From: the human T2T-CHM13v2.0 reference genome, Homo sapiens
DNA length: 64,000 bases
Direction: 5' to 3' (one strand)
Assembly (NCBI RefSeq): GCF_009914755.1
Contig: NC_060929.1
Shown here: positions 25,850 through 42,999 of the stretch, piece by piece
How positions within the stretch are numbered: position 1 is the first letter of the stretch
Layout: each line of letters starts with the position of its first letter
The notes under the pieces: generated by a model
What the model was told of the DNA's origin: nothing
The model's input: the letters and a program-made list of their open reading frames with translations, nothing else
Database searches by the model: none
Made by a program: the position numbers and the translations under genes

Positions 25850-26550
25850 CTTCCTATATCTGATAGATTTAGAAACTCTGAATGAAATCAGAATTGGGTG
25901 GGGAAGGAGGGTGAATGTCTCAGAAATTATCCATCCCAGCCACTTCCCTGTCCAGGTGCAGAAACACAGTCCCAGAGAGGAGAGGGATTTGCCCAAGGGC
26001 ACACAGCAAAACTGGGACTTTGGAGAGAGGAGTGTAACAATGTCAAGTCTTTCATTCCTTTTTTGTCTCAACCATGAAAGTCTTGGGGGCTGGGGGGACC
26101 TGGCCTGGAGGCCAGGCAGCCAGGGGGACATGACTCTGGAATGTGTTGGGGAAACAAGATGCCTTCTCCTCCAGACCTGACAAGCCAACAGGACTAGGTG
26201 TGGCAAGAAAGGGCTCTGGTTATCCGCCTCCCCGCTCTGTTTCGTTTGGTCTGTCAACTCCAGCAACAAAGTGCCCCAAACGTGTGAGGCTTGATAAAGA
26301 TGGGAAGGTAAGAGGGTGAAGGTAGTGGGACAACAGGGACCAGAGCTTGAGAGGTGTCCCAGGACCTCTGTCTCTGCTTTCTCCAAGAGTCTGGGAAGCC
26401 AGCAGGATACCCCTCTCTCCTTCACAGCCTCCCCCTACTCTGTGATTGTGGCCAAAACCCTTAACTTCTCTGGGTGGTTGTGTCTTCTTCATTTCAAGAT
26501 GGGACAGGATAAACCCTTAATACTTAGATCCTAAATCAGAGGATTTTGAC
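25850..26550. promoter_or_regulatory. Candidate cardiac (GATA + T-box) enhancer
   Basis: Unique sequence between Alus with TGATAG 25861, TTATC 26220, TGATAA 26292, AGGTGTGG 26196, AGGTGT 26352 and TGACA/TGTCA sites. Confidence 0.45.
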
Positions 26551-26617
26551 TTTGAAAAAGAAATCTACCATCTTATTCTTCCCTTTGTATTATTTTTTTA
26601 ATTCAAAAAGTAATATG

Positions 26618-27042
<425 letters not shown>

Positions 27043-27230
27043 CTATTCTGTTTTCCTTTTCTCACTTAGCAATGGGTGGCCGGCTTTTTTTTTTCAGGGG
27101 TGGGGGTGTCAATGAATATTATTTACTTCATATTACGTGGCTATTTGATAATTATTGATTATTGTTAGGTTTTCTAAAGGTGTGATAATGACATTGTACC
27201 TATGCTTTTTTAAAAGAGTCCTTTTAGAGA

Positions 27231-30662
<3,432 letters not shown>

Positions 30663-31199
30663 GAGCCTCTTTAGAGATATATCCTGAGCTGTTTCTAAGT
30701 AAAATGATATCTGGGATTCCCTTCAAAATAATACAGGAGGAGGAATTGGGTGGGAGTAGAGATAAACAAGATTGACCATGAATTGGTAATGGTTGATGCT
30801 CTTTCATGTACGTTTTTAAATATAAGGTTTTTTCAATATTCTTCTCTAATAGTAGTTTTTAGCCTATTTTGGTCACATATCCCTTTGAAAATCTTAAGTC
30901 AGCTATAGATCCACTTCCGTACAAATCCACCTTTCACAATTTTAGGAGGTTCTGTCTCCTGAAACCCATTGCTGTATCACAGGTTAAGACCTCCTAACCT
31001 ATAACATAATCTCCTTTTCTAAAGTTTGTATAGTATTTTTCAAGTAGATACATCATAATTCCCTTGACTAATCCCCTTATTGCTGGGAATTTTTATTAAA
31101 TTATTATTAATAACATCATATTACATGTCTTTGCATATATATTCTTTAGGGCAAATTCCTAATAGTACCAAAAGATATGTTCATTTTAAACACTTTTTT

Positions 31200-31695
<496 letters not shown>

Positions 31696-32235
31696 TAACA
31701 TATTAATATTTTAAAATCAATTCCCATCCCTGGAGTCCTGTCATCAGGATTCAAGCCTGGACAAGCAGCTTGTCCCTGGGCACAATTCGTCTTGCTTTTC
31801 TGAGCGTCGATGTCCTCACCTATAAACATGAGGCGCTAAATGAGCGGATTCTTTGATTGTGTCATTTTTTCCGATCCAGAAAATCCTGGCAAACTCTGTG
31901 GCCCTCAGAGTTCTGCCTTGGTTATCGGAGGAGTCTCCACAGGCTCCTAGCCATTCTTCCTGCCCCAGATCTCCATCTGTGATGGTGCACCTTTGACCAC
32001 CAGGGTGCTCTTCCTACAACATTCACAGGTGGTGGGGCAGAGCTTTAGTGTGGTGGGCTCTTGAGGCAGACTTTGGGGACTGGAATCCTGACTCCAACCA
32101 ACGGGCAACTTTAGGCAAATGATTTAACCTCTCTCTCTGCCTCAGTCATCTGTTAAATGGGTGTTTTAGATCAGAACCCACTTCACGGGCTTGAGTGAAG
32201 ATTAATTGAAATAATACACATTAAAGTGTTTATAG

Positions 32236-32549
32236 GGCCGGGCACAGTGGCTCACGCCTGTAATCCCAGCACTTTGGGAGGCCAAGGTGGAAGGATAGCT
32301 CAAGATCAGGAGTTTTGAGACCAGCCTGGGCAACATAGCAAGACCCTGTGTCTACAAAAAATTTAAAAATTAGCCAGACATAGTGGTGCACGTCTATAGT
32401 CCCAGCTACTAGGGAGGCTGAGGTGCGAGGATTGCTTGAGCTCAGGAGGTCAAGGTTGCAGTGAGCCATGATCAGAACACTGCAATCCCAGCCTGGTGAC
32501 AAAGCAAGACCATCTCTCTAAAACTAAAAATAAAAAAAAATAAAACAAA
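32236..32549 (+). mobile_element. Alu (J-type) within a MIR
   Basis: Alu dimer with A-rich tail; MIR sequence on both sides. Confidence 0.9.
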
Positions 32550-34369
32550 GGGCTTAAAACAGTGCCTAGCATAGTATAAACACTCATCAAACACTTGCTG
32601 TTATTATTACATCTCTCTGTCACCCTGCCCCTTCTGAGGACTTTCCTTTGCCTGCAGAGTAACGTGGGACTCCTCAGCATGGGAGCCAACCTTCTTCATC
32701 ACAGCTCCTCAGACACCTTCCTGAGGGCCTTATCTGCCCTGCACACACCCTACTGTGAAAGCCAAAGAGAACAATGCCTATCCTTAACCCTGCCCTGTGC
32801 CCTCCTAAACTGTCCTTCCTTGGTTCCTTGATGGGAACATTTCCCTCTGCCCCAAAGGCATCTCCTAAATGCACTTCCAGAGGAAGGGCCAGGGCTAAAA
32901 TCTACTCATGCCTGAGCCTAGACTGAGTCCCTGTGTGTGCCAGGCCCTACGTGCACCACAGTTTCCCTGTCTGTAAAATGTGGTGAAGAGACTAGACAAC
33001 TCTAAGGAAACTTCCAGCTCTGGATAGTTCACTGGTTCCAGAATGAGATTCTCACTTCATTTATACACACTTTGTGACTATCCTTGGGAAGCCTAGTGTG
33101 TCATCCCCAGCACCCTGCCCCAGCTGTGAGAAACCCACAGGCCTCCCTCACAGCCTATTACATCAGAGCAACCACACTGGGAGCCATCATGTCACAGCCA
33201 GAATGAGAGAATCCAGGTTCAGGAGCCCAGGGAGCCAAAAAACCCCTTCGATCCAACCTGGAGACCTTGAATACATCATTTTCCTATGCAGACACCTCCC
33301 CTTCTCTCACCTGGGGAGTGTGACATGTGTCAAATGCACAAACCCTTTGGAGGTGGCATTATGCAGATTTAGGACTGTTGGGCCCAAGCTGGAGTCTAAG
33401 TCTCATAACTCAGTGTGACCTTGGGCTCAGGCTCACCAAATCCCAAATGGCCGGGCCTAGTTTTCCTAAGAGACCTTCAGACCTAGCACTCACTTAGGCC
33501 CCAATCTGCCAAGGTCATATATTTAAAATGTGGTTCCAAATGTCTTTCCTCAAATAGCCATTATTTGAACACAAAGAACATATAGGCTACAGTGTGAAAG
33601 AAACTTGAATTTTGCCTCCTTTTTTCTCTTTTTGCACTTCCTATGAGTCTAGTTATCCTGCCCATGTATGCAAATGTGGACAGAGTCACCAATTTCCTGG
33701 TCACTTTAGGTAATAAAAAGTCCTACAACCACTGCCAGTCACTAACTATAGTCTCAGTTCATCGCTCTGCCCAAATTATCAAACCTTCCAACTTGACTTA
33801 AAGTTGAGCCTTCTCCCTGCTAGCCCTTGACTCCCCAGCTTGCACTTTTTGCAGGTAAGTTATGAAGCCTGTCAGGGAGGGGCACACTAGGCTTCTTCCC
33901 CTGCATGCATCCTTCCCTGAAGAATCTGACAGCCTTGATCTCTGATTCTCTAGCTTCGGAGCTCTGGAGTGAGAGACGGGTTAGAGAAGCTGCTCGCCTG
34001 CAGTCCTTTTGCAAGGTGAATATATTTCTATGCTGGCTAGTGGTTTTCTCCTTCCTTAGCCCCTAGGCATCTGTCTAGCAAGACCTCCAGCTCCTTTTGG
34101 CTGTCTGCTTGCCCCTCCAGGAGTCCCTTGTGGACAAACCCTAAGATAACCCCCTGCTGGCACCCTCTCTAGCTGTCCCACATGAGTTCACAAAAAATCC
34201 AAAGATCTGGCTCTAGTAAGCTCTGGGGGTGAGCACCAGTGCAGCCACTTCACCTCTGCGCCATTGTCACAGCAGTTGACCAGCACAAAGGCTGCCCTCT
34301 AAAAGGAACAGGCAGGGTCAAATAGCAACCTGTTGTGTCCACCAAAACACAGGAGACACACCTCGAGCT

Positions 34370-34749
34370 TGTCTTAGGCCATTCCTGCTGCTATAACAAA
34401 ATACCTGAGACTGGGTAATTTATAAAGAACAGACATTTCTTTGTCACGGTTCTGGAGGCTGGAAGTCCAAGATCAAGGTAACAGCAGGTTCAATGTCTGG
34501 TGGTGGCCTGGTCTCTGCTTCTAAGGTGGCATCTTGTTGCTGCTTCCTCCAGAGGGGACAAATACTGTGTCCTCACTTGGTGGAAGGCAGATGGGCAAAA
34601 AGCTACTAGCTAGTTCCCTCCAGACTTTTTATAAGGCACTGATCTCATACTAATCACCTCCTAAAGGCCCCACCTCATAAGACCATCACCTTGGGGCTTC
34701 AGTTCCAACATACGAATTTTGGATGGACACGTACATTTGAACCATAGCA
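34370..34749 (-). mobile_element. ERVL-MaLR solo LTR (MST/MLT1A-like)
   Basis: TGTCTTAG...GCTGCTATAACAAAATACC...CCATAGCA with perfect 5-bp TSD GAGCT (34365-34369, 34750-34754). Confidence 0.88.
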
Positions 34750-34881
34750 GAGCTCTGAGTGGTCACTTTAAAGCACTGTTCTCCTTTCTTGAGATGAAGG
34801 GGGACATATTCTTCATTGCTCATTTTTGAGAGAAGGTGTAACTCACAACACATCAACTGCTACTTCAGATATTTCTCCCTT

Positions 34882-35204
34882 GGCTGGGCACAGTGGCTCA
34901 TGCTTGTAATCCCAGCACTGGGAGGCCGAGGTGGGCAGATCACCTGAGGTCAGGAGTTCAAGACCAGCCTGACCAACATGGTGAAACCCTGTCTCTACTA
35001 AAAATACAAAAGAAAAAAAAAATTAGCCAGGCATGGTGGCATGTGCCTGTAATCCCAGCCACTCAGGAGACTGTCGCAGAAGAATCGCTTGAACCTGGGA
35101 GGCAGAGGTTGTGGTGAGCCGAGGTGGCGCCACTGCACTACAGCCTGGGTGATAGAGTGAGACTCTGTCTCAAAACAAAACAAAACAAAACAAAACAGAA
35201 ACAA
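34882..35204 (+). mobile_element. Alu (S-type)
   Basis: Full Alu, (CAAAA)n tail, TSD ATATTTCTCCCT. Confidence 0.93.
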
Positions 35205-35594
35205 ATATTTCTCCCTCATCCCCAACTACTTCCAACCCTTTAAAACCCACACACAATACCATAAGGGGTTGAGAGCAGCCAATCTTTGTCAGCTTTGTAA
35301 ATTTTGCACCATGGTCTTGTTCTTTACTCTGGAATGTGGCATCTCTTCTATGTTGACCTCTCAGCTGGACATTTCAATTTTAATATGTTGTTACACTTAT
35401 AATAATAGCCACCATTAATTTAATGTTTGCTCTACACGGGGCAGGCTCAGGGCTAATCATGTGTAGTGAATATTTGCTTTTTTTTCCAGCTCTCTGTATC
35501 CATCTCTTCCTCTTCTGCAAAGCACCCTGATTTCTTTTTAGATGATTACCTCTCCTTCATTTTGTGTGGCTGGCTGGGACACTCAGTAATGGGT

Positions 35595-36010
35595 AGTGTA
35601 GCAGATGGCTTTGGTGGCCTGCCCAGACACCCTTTATGCTGCAAGTGTTGGATGCTAATGGCTCACAGCTGCCCCCTTCCTTGGAGAATTGCCTGAGGTG
35701 ATTTACCTGGGGCTACCTGAAAGGTTACACCGCTTCCCCTGGGAGTGGCCTGGGGTCAATGACTAACTAATGTGGAGTAAACCCAGCCCCCTTGCCTCTA
35801 GGTGGGACAAATTCACCGGTGCAATTCATACTCCCCCAGCATCAGGCTGAGAGACTAGACTCACCCTAAAACCACATCTTGACCAGCTTCTTCTTCCTTT
35901 GCCCAGTACTGCTCTGCTACCTCCTCTTCCCCTGACAGCACTCTCAACAGAATATTGCATGAGAATCCTTGTCTCAGGCTCTGCTTCCAGAGAAACTGAC
36001 ATAACCCAGG
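35595..36010 (+). mobile_element. LTR16-like ERVL LTR
   Basis: TGTAGCAGATGG...GGGTCAATGACT...CCCCTTGCCTC..GGTGGGACAA...GAGAATCCTTGTCTCAGGCTCTGCTTC signature. Confidence 0.6.
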
Positions 36011-37261
36011 TGGGAATGTGACCCAAAAGAGGCCCATCTCCCAGGAAACTGCATCAAAGATAGGAGGAAAAAGAGGTTGAAACCTTACTGTTCTGGTGGT
36101 AGCTCCCAACAAGATTATTCCTTATTCCTGTTATCTTGATTCCTGGAGCATCCCTGGTTCTTTCAGTTTTTCTTGGGATTCTCTGTGTATTCCACATCTT
36201 GCTCTCTGACAATATCCCTTTTTGCTGACCTTGTAGCCAAACTGTTTCTGATGGCTGCCACCAAAGAACTGTACAAATATAGGATTTAAATGCAATATCT
36301 CAACGCTCCAATTGCCCTCCAAAAGCAACAGGTGTTATTATCCCTTCCATTTCTCAGAAGAGGAAGCTGAGCCTTAGAGAGGTTTAGTCACTTGCTTTAG
36401 GTAGCACAGCTAGTAAATGGTATTACTAGGAGTTGGGCTCTGAGCTCAGGTCTATCTAATACCAAAACTGTGCTCTTAACAACTCCAATGTGCTATCTCC
36501 AAGTGGGAAGAGCAAGCTGCTGTGGCCCACAGCTCTCTACTCCCCACTCTTTGTTAGGTTAATATGCCCATGAGCAGATCGCCATTGCTCCTGAGGCAGT
36601 GAGCCTGGAAGGCTAAGTACCTGGGCTTTAGAGTTTCGTTGGCACTCAAGCTCCATCACTTGCTAGTGGTGTCAACTGGGCAAGTTACCTAAGTTCTCTG
36701 AGCCTCAGTTTCTTAATCAGTTCAATGGAGACAATAGTGCCTAAACAGGATTGTTGAAAGGATTAAAGGAGGTCTTGAAAGTAAATTGCTTAGCTTGGTG
36801 CCCAGCATCTGGTAAGTACTCAATACATTGTAGTTGTTATTCATTATTGTTGTGTTACTTCCTGTCACACAGGGATGGCTTGGAACATATTTCAGCCAAT
36901 GACATAGCCAGGGGAAGCCCATGGCAAGGACTGTCCCGTGCTCTCTGTCTTTCCTCCAGGTGGCCCACAAGAGATTCCCCACAAGGGCCTGCTTCCGCAT
37001 TGTTAGGGGCAGGCCTGCAGAGGCCAGGCAGGTGCAGTAATTGACTGGAACAGGTCAAGCTGGAAGGCAGTACTAGCCACAGCCAGTTGTGGCCATTTGG
37101 AAAAGTGGACTCAGAGCTGCCAAATCCTGTGAGTTTTCAGGAAAAGCCAGGAATCTAGATTATTACATCAAACTCCCAGTTTTCAAATGTTTTAACTTAA
37201 AACACATTTTTTAATGCTGATTTGGCCAAACTAAACCCATATGTAGCTGAATGTGGTCTCA

Positions 37262-37564
<303 letters not shown>

Positions 37565-37960
37565 TCACCTCCAGGTCCTTAGATGGGGTTGGTTCTGGGG
37601 GGACTTCTGCCTTTGACTGCTCATGTTTTTAGATGCTCATTTAGAAAGCAGGGCCTGAGTTCATAGTGTGAGTTGAGCCCTGTGCTGCCAAGAGGATCTA
37701 AGGTGACTGAGACCTATGCCCTGCTCTTGACCAGAAGTAAGGGTTCATGGGGTGAGACTTCATGTTCACCAACAATGCAAGGAGAGGAAAGAAGGCACAT
37801 GTGTGTATATGTGTGTATACGCCTATGGGCATGGGTGTGTGTGTGTGTACGTGTGCATGTGTGTTGGAGGGGGATAAATATGAATGATCTAGCTCAAAGT
37901 TCCAAACTGGAATGCTGAAGTTACTGAGTAGCTTTTATTTTCATTTCTTTCCATTTGTAG

Positions 37961-38404
<444 letters not shown>

Positions 38405-38660
38405 TGATTTCAGTAAAAACAGCAGCAATAACAAGGGCCAAACCGACCATACAAGAAGATGTCAATCTTGTGTGTGAGCAAGAGAAATGGTGTGGAATGA
38501 TCCCCACTGGGCTGTTAACAATGGTCACTTCAGGGGTAGGGATGGGTGGGGGGTGAGATCAGAACTTGGCATGTGCACACATTTATGCTTTATTGTTTTA
38601 CTTGTTTTAGTAAGCTTGCAATACTGTTGTAGTCTGGAAGTTGTACAATTAAAACAGCAA

Positions 38661-38963
38661 TTTATTTTTATTTTTATTATTTTTTGAAACAGAGTCTCAC
38701 TCTGTCACCCAAGCTGGAGTGCAGTAGCATGATCTCCACTCACTGCAACCTTGCCTACCAGGCTCAAGCGATTTTCCCACTTTAGCCTCCTGAGTAGCTG
38801 GGACTACAGGCACACGCCACCATGCCTGACTACTTTTTCAATTTGCTTTTTGTAGAGACAGAGTTTTACCATGGCTGGTCTTAAAACTCCTGGGCTCAAG
38901 CAATCTGCTCGCCCTGGCCTCTCAAAGTGTTGGGATTACAGGCATGAACCACCGCACCCGGCC
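38661..38963 (-). mobile_element. Alu (J-type)
   Basis: Antisense Alu dimer. Confidence 0.9.
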
Positions 38964-41326
38964 TACAATTAAGACAACAATTTAAATACATATTACATGA
39001 ACATCTACCAAGGCTATCATGAAAACTGTGGAGCCATCTCATTTTTCCCCACAATTATTTTTGTCAATTGCACTGCTATACATGTTCACTGTAGAAAATT
39101 AGCAAGTGCTCATAAATAAAAAAGAAAAAAAAAAGGAAAAAATATGCACTGTGAATATTTTGGTGCATATTCTTTTGACTTTCTGCTCCTAGGAACAGCT
39201 AACACTTCCTGTGAGCCAGACCCTGTGCTGAATGCTTGGGAATGGCAGGGCCAGCTCTCACTCCTCGATGTAGGTCCTGCCAAGACACACTCAGGATGTG
39301 GTAGCAGATTCATGAGCCCCTTTCTTCAGAGATTCTGGGTCAGAGGAGCTGGACGGGGCCTGGGAATCTGCATTCAGTAAGTTCCCTGGGAAATTCTGAT
39401 GAGCGTACTCTTTGGACCACACTTCGAGTCAGCTAGCTGTGCGTCCAACCTACTCATTGCTGGAGCCCACAGAAAACAGCTGGAGCTCAGATTGGAGCCC
39501 ACAGAAAAGAGACCTGCCCAGGGATACCCAGCCAGTGTGGCAGGGCCTGGTCCACAGACTCCCCTCTCCGCCTCGCTAAGGGCTCTCCCTGCCGTGCTCC
39601 TGCAGCTCTCCTCATGCCGACAGATGTTATTGTTTTCTTATGCCTCCAATTAAACAAAAAATCCTGTCAACGGGCGACAGGCCTAATGCACAGAGGCATT
39701 AACCAGACTTGCAACCCGACCCGGGCCTGCTCCTGTGGGTAAAGCACACTCCCTCTGCAGGCCACTGTGGCAGTCTCTCTCTGGATAAAGGGCCCTGCTG
39801 AGGCACCATCACCCTACCTGGTGCACACTGTGACCCCGGCAGATGCCTCTGGGAGCAGGACCTGGTTAGCCTGTCACCATGGCAACCCTGCTGCTGCCTT
39901 GAGACCCACTGAGGCAGCCTTTCCTAGACACCAGGTAGGTGAGAGCTGGAGACACAGAGGCCCAGAGAGGTGAAGGGTCTGCCTGAAGTTACCCATTAGG
40001 TCAGGGGCAGAACCTTCCACTAGCTTCCTTCCAGCTTCAGGCTGCTAAAGAAAGCAGGAGAAAATTGGCGACCCTGGCAGAAGGTTCCCCAGGAACAGGG
40101 TCTGCAGGATACAGAGCCACTGCTAACCTCAGAGCTGGAGTCCTGCCTGCAACCCTGCTTCTGGTCTCAGAGGCAGAGGCATTAGGGTGTGGGAGGCAGC
40201 AGCGACCTCCCCAGTCCTCCTGCTGCCTGCCTCCCAGAGTCCTGCTTGGAGCCAGGCCTCTGAGCAGGGAGGCATGGACACACATCTCAGGCCTGGGAAG
40301 CCCTCAGGGAGCAAGTTCCAACTCCTTCATTTTGCAGGTGGGGAAACTGAGGCCCTGAGAACATGACATACCCATCCAAGGTCTCACAGACTTAAACCTT
40401 GTCGTCTGAATCCTTGACAAGCGCTCTTTCCGCAAGGAAACCAGTTCCACGTGAGCACAGATTGCAGCATGGGGAACCACTTCCCCAGCATTGCCCACCC
40501 AGTCCCAGGGGCGGAGCCTGAACCCAGCCATGGTTGCTCTGCAGATGAGCAGAAAGCAGGGCTGTGGGACCCACTTAGGAGAGTGACACATTTTGGAGAG
40601 CTGCCTTCAGGCACTTGGTAGGCTGGCACTTGAGAGAGGGGAAGGCTTGTTCTGTGACGGCCATGAAGACCAAGCCAGGGCTCTCGGGGGTAAAGATTCA
40701 AGCTCCACCTGCAGAAGTCGATTCTATCATTCTGGCCAAGGAAACCTGACAGGCCCTGGACTCCTGCCTGCCCCACACTCATCTCTACACCATTCCCCCG
40801 ACTCACACCTCAACTCTGCTTGCTTGGCTCCCCGACACGCCATGCGCATTCCCGCCTTGTAGCCTTTGCACTTGTAGTTCCCTCTGCCTGGAATGCTTTT
40901 TCACAGCTCCAGTCTGGCTTTTTCTTGTCATTCACATTTCAGCTGGACGTATCACCTCTTCCGAGAGGCCTTCCCAACTCACCCTAACAACGCTATCCCG
41001 TCATCAGCCTGAGTAATTCAGCTTAGGGTTTACCGCTGTCATCTTTACTTCTTATTGGCCTCTGACTACTCCTGCTTTCTAGAATGTAAGTTCCATGAGA
41101 GCAGATATCTTGTGCGTCCCTTATCCCCAGTGGCAAACAGTTCCTTCACATAGTGCTGCTGAATAAATATTCCCTAACTGGATGAATAAATGGAAGAATG
41201 AGCTGCCATGTAGGGAGATCCCTGACAAAAGTGGGATGCAAGCAGAGGCTGGATGTTTATCTGTGGGTGATGCTGTGGAGGTGGCATGCCTTAGTCATTG
41301 AGAGAAATTAAGAATCTCTGTTTTGA

Positions 41327-41905
41327 GGTCAAGCGCAGTGGCTTGTGCCTGTAATCCCAGCACTTTGGGAGGCCAAGGCAGGGAGATTACTTGAGGCCAG
41401 GAGTTCGAGAACAGCCTGACCAACATGGTGAAATCCCATTGTTACACGTGTCCGTATAAGAAACCACCTGAGCAGGCTTAGTGTGAGCAACAACGCTGTT
41501 TATTCACTTGGGTGCAAGTGGGCTGAGTCCGAGAAAGGAGTCAGTGAAGGCTGGTGGGATTATCATTGGTTCTTATAGGTTTGGGATAGGCGGTGGAGTT
41601 AGGACTCCTTTCTCGGACTCAGCCCACTTGCACCCAAATGAATAAACAGCCTTGTTGCTCACACTAAGCCTGCTCACGTGGTCTTTTATACGGACGTGCG
41701 TAAAATTCATCTCCACCGAAAATACAAAAATTAGCTGTGCGTGGTGACGCATGCCTGTAGTCCCAGCTACTTGGGAAGCTGAGGCAGAAGAATCACTTGA
41801 ACTGGGAGATGGAGGTAGCAGTGACACGAGATTGTGCCACTGCACTCCAGCCTGGGTGACAGAGTGAGACTCTGTCTCAAAAATAAAAAATAAAAATAAA
41901 TAAAA
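41327..41905 (+). mobile_element. Alu (S-type) interrupted at 41439/41706 by the LTR fold-back
   Basis: Alu left arm up to GGTGAAATCCCAT resumes as CTCCACCGAAAATACAAAAATTAGC, then right arm and A tail. Confidence 0.9.
41440..41705. mobile_element. Fold-back LTR7-family (HERV-H-type) R-U5/R-U5 element inserted in an Alu
   Basis: 103-bp inverted arms (41440-41542, 41603-41705) with the GACTCC..TCGGACTCAGCCC..TGCACCC..AATAAACAGC..GCTCACAC..CGGACG LTR7-type R-U5 signature. The 60-bp spacer is LTR U3 end with CCTATAAG. Confidence 0.85.
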
Positions 41906-42583
41906 ATTATACATATATATATATATCCTTTGATATTTGCTCGATGTGTGACCCAGGGTAGGTTACTATACCTCTCTGAACCTCACTTTCCCCATGTGTA
42001 AAATGAGGGCCCTAATAGTACATTCCACATAAGACAATTGTAATGATCACATGAGATGCTGTTGTAAAGAGTTTAGCCAGGGCCTGGCAGACAGTGCGTG
42101 CTCCATAGTCATTAGTAATAGTCCTTAAAGATCTATTCTGACTGTAATCCCTTCTGACTCTCAGACACATGAAGTCTTGGATGACACGTGCACTTGGCTT
42201 GAGCATCCTCAAATGCATCTCCCAAGTGCTGTATCTGCCCTCAGCCCCTTCCTGTGTTCTCCCTGTGGCCAGAGCCTCTGAGGTGGTATAACCACATTGC
42301 TTCTTTCAAGTTGCTGCAGTGTGAAAGGGGAGACAGAACATGCTTGGGCCCAATTCTCAAGGGCCCAAGGGCCCATGGGGTGCAGATGGGAGAGAATTGA
42401 ATTTCTGCTAGAGTCATCAGGGAAGGCTTCTCAGAGGAGGTAGGACTTGAACTGCACCTGACAGAGCTGGCAGGATTGGGAAACAGGGAAAGGAGGAGGG
42501 AGGCACTGCAGGCAGGAAGAATGGCACGAGCAACAGCTTGGAAGAAAGGATACATGCATTCATTCATCTATTTGTTGACTGAA

Positions 42584-42977
42584 TTCTATGAACTGAATGT
42601 GACGCCCAAAGCTCATGTGTTGCGAACTTAATCCCTAATGCAACAATGTTAGGAGTGGGGTCCCATAAGAGGTGATTAGGTGATGAAGCTTTACCCTTGT
42701 GGATGGATTAATGTCATTATTATGGGAGTGTGTTTGTGATCTATCTTGAGAGTAGGTTATAAAATTGAATTTGGCCCCTCTTGCTCTCTGGCACACATGT
42801 TCTCTTGCCCTTCCCCTTCCATCATGGGATGATGCAGCAAGAAAGTCCTCGCCAGATGCCGGCACCATGCCCTTGGCCTCCCCAGCCTGCATAAGCACTA
42901 GCCAAATAAATGTATTTTCTCTGTAAATTAGCCATTCTGTGGTATTGTGTTATAGCAACCCAAAACAGACTAAGACA
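42584..42977 (+). mobile_element. ERVL-MaLR solo LTR (MSTC/MSTD-like)
   Basis: CTATG.ACTGAATGT...AAAGCTCATGTGTTG..AACTTAATCCC...TTATAGCAAC.CAAAACAGACTAAGACA. Confidence 0.85.
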
Positions 42978-42999
42978 GCACCTAATATACACCAGAAAC

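Noticed and set aside
31994-34162. Weaker CTCF-like words (CCACCAGGGTGCTC ~31997; CCCCCTGCTGGC ~34150)
   Set aside because: Mismatches at informative core positions; cannot be supported without a matrix scan or ChIP.
41440-41705. Interpreting the hairpin as a DNA-transposon MITE or a miRNA gene
   Set aside because: The arms are recognisably retroviral LTR R-U5 sequence, and the 60-nt loop and ~100-bp stem are atypical for a pre-miRNA.
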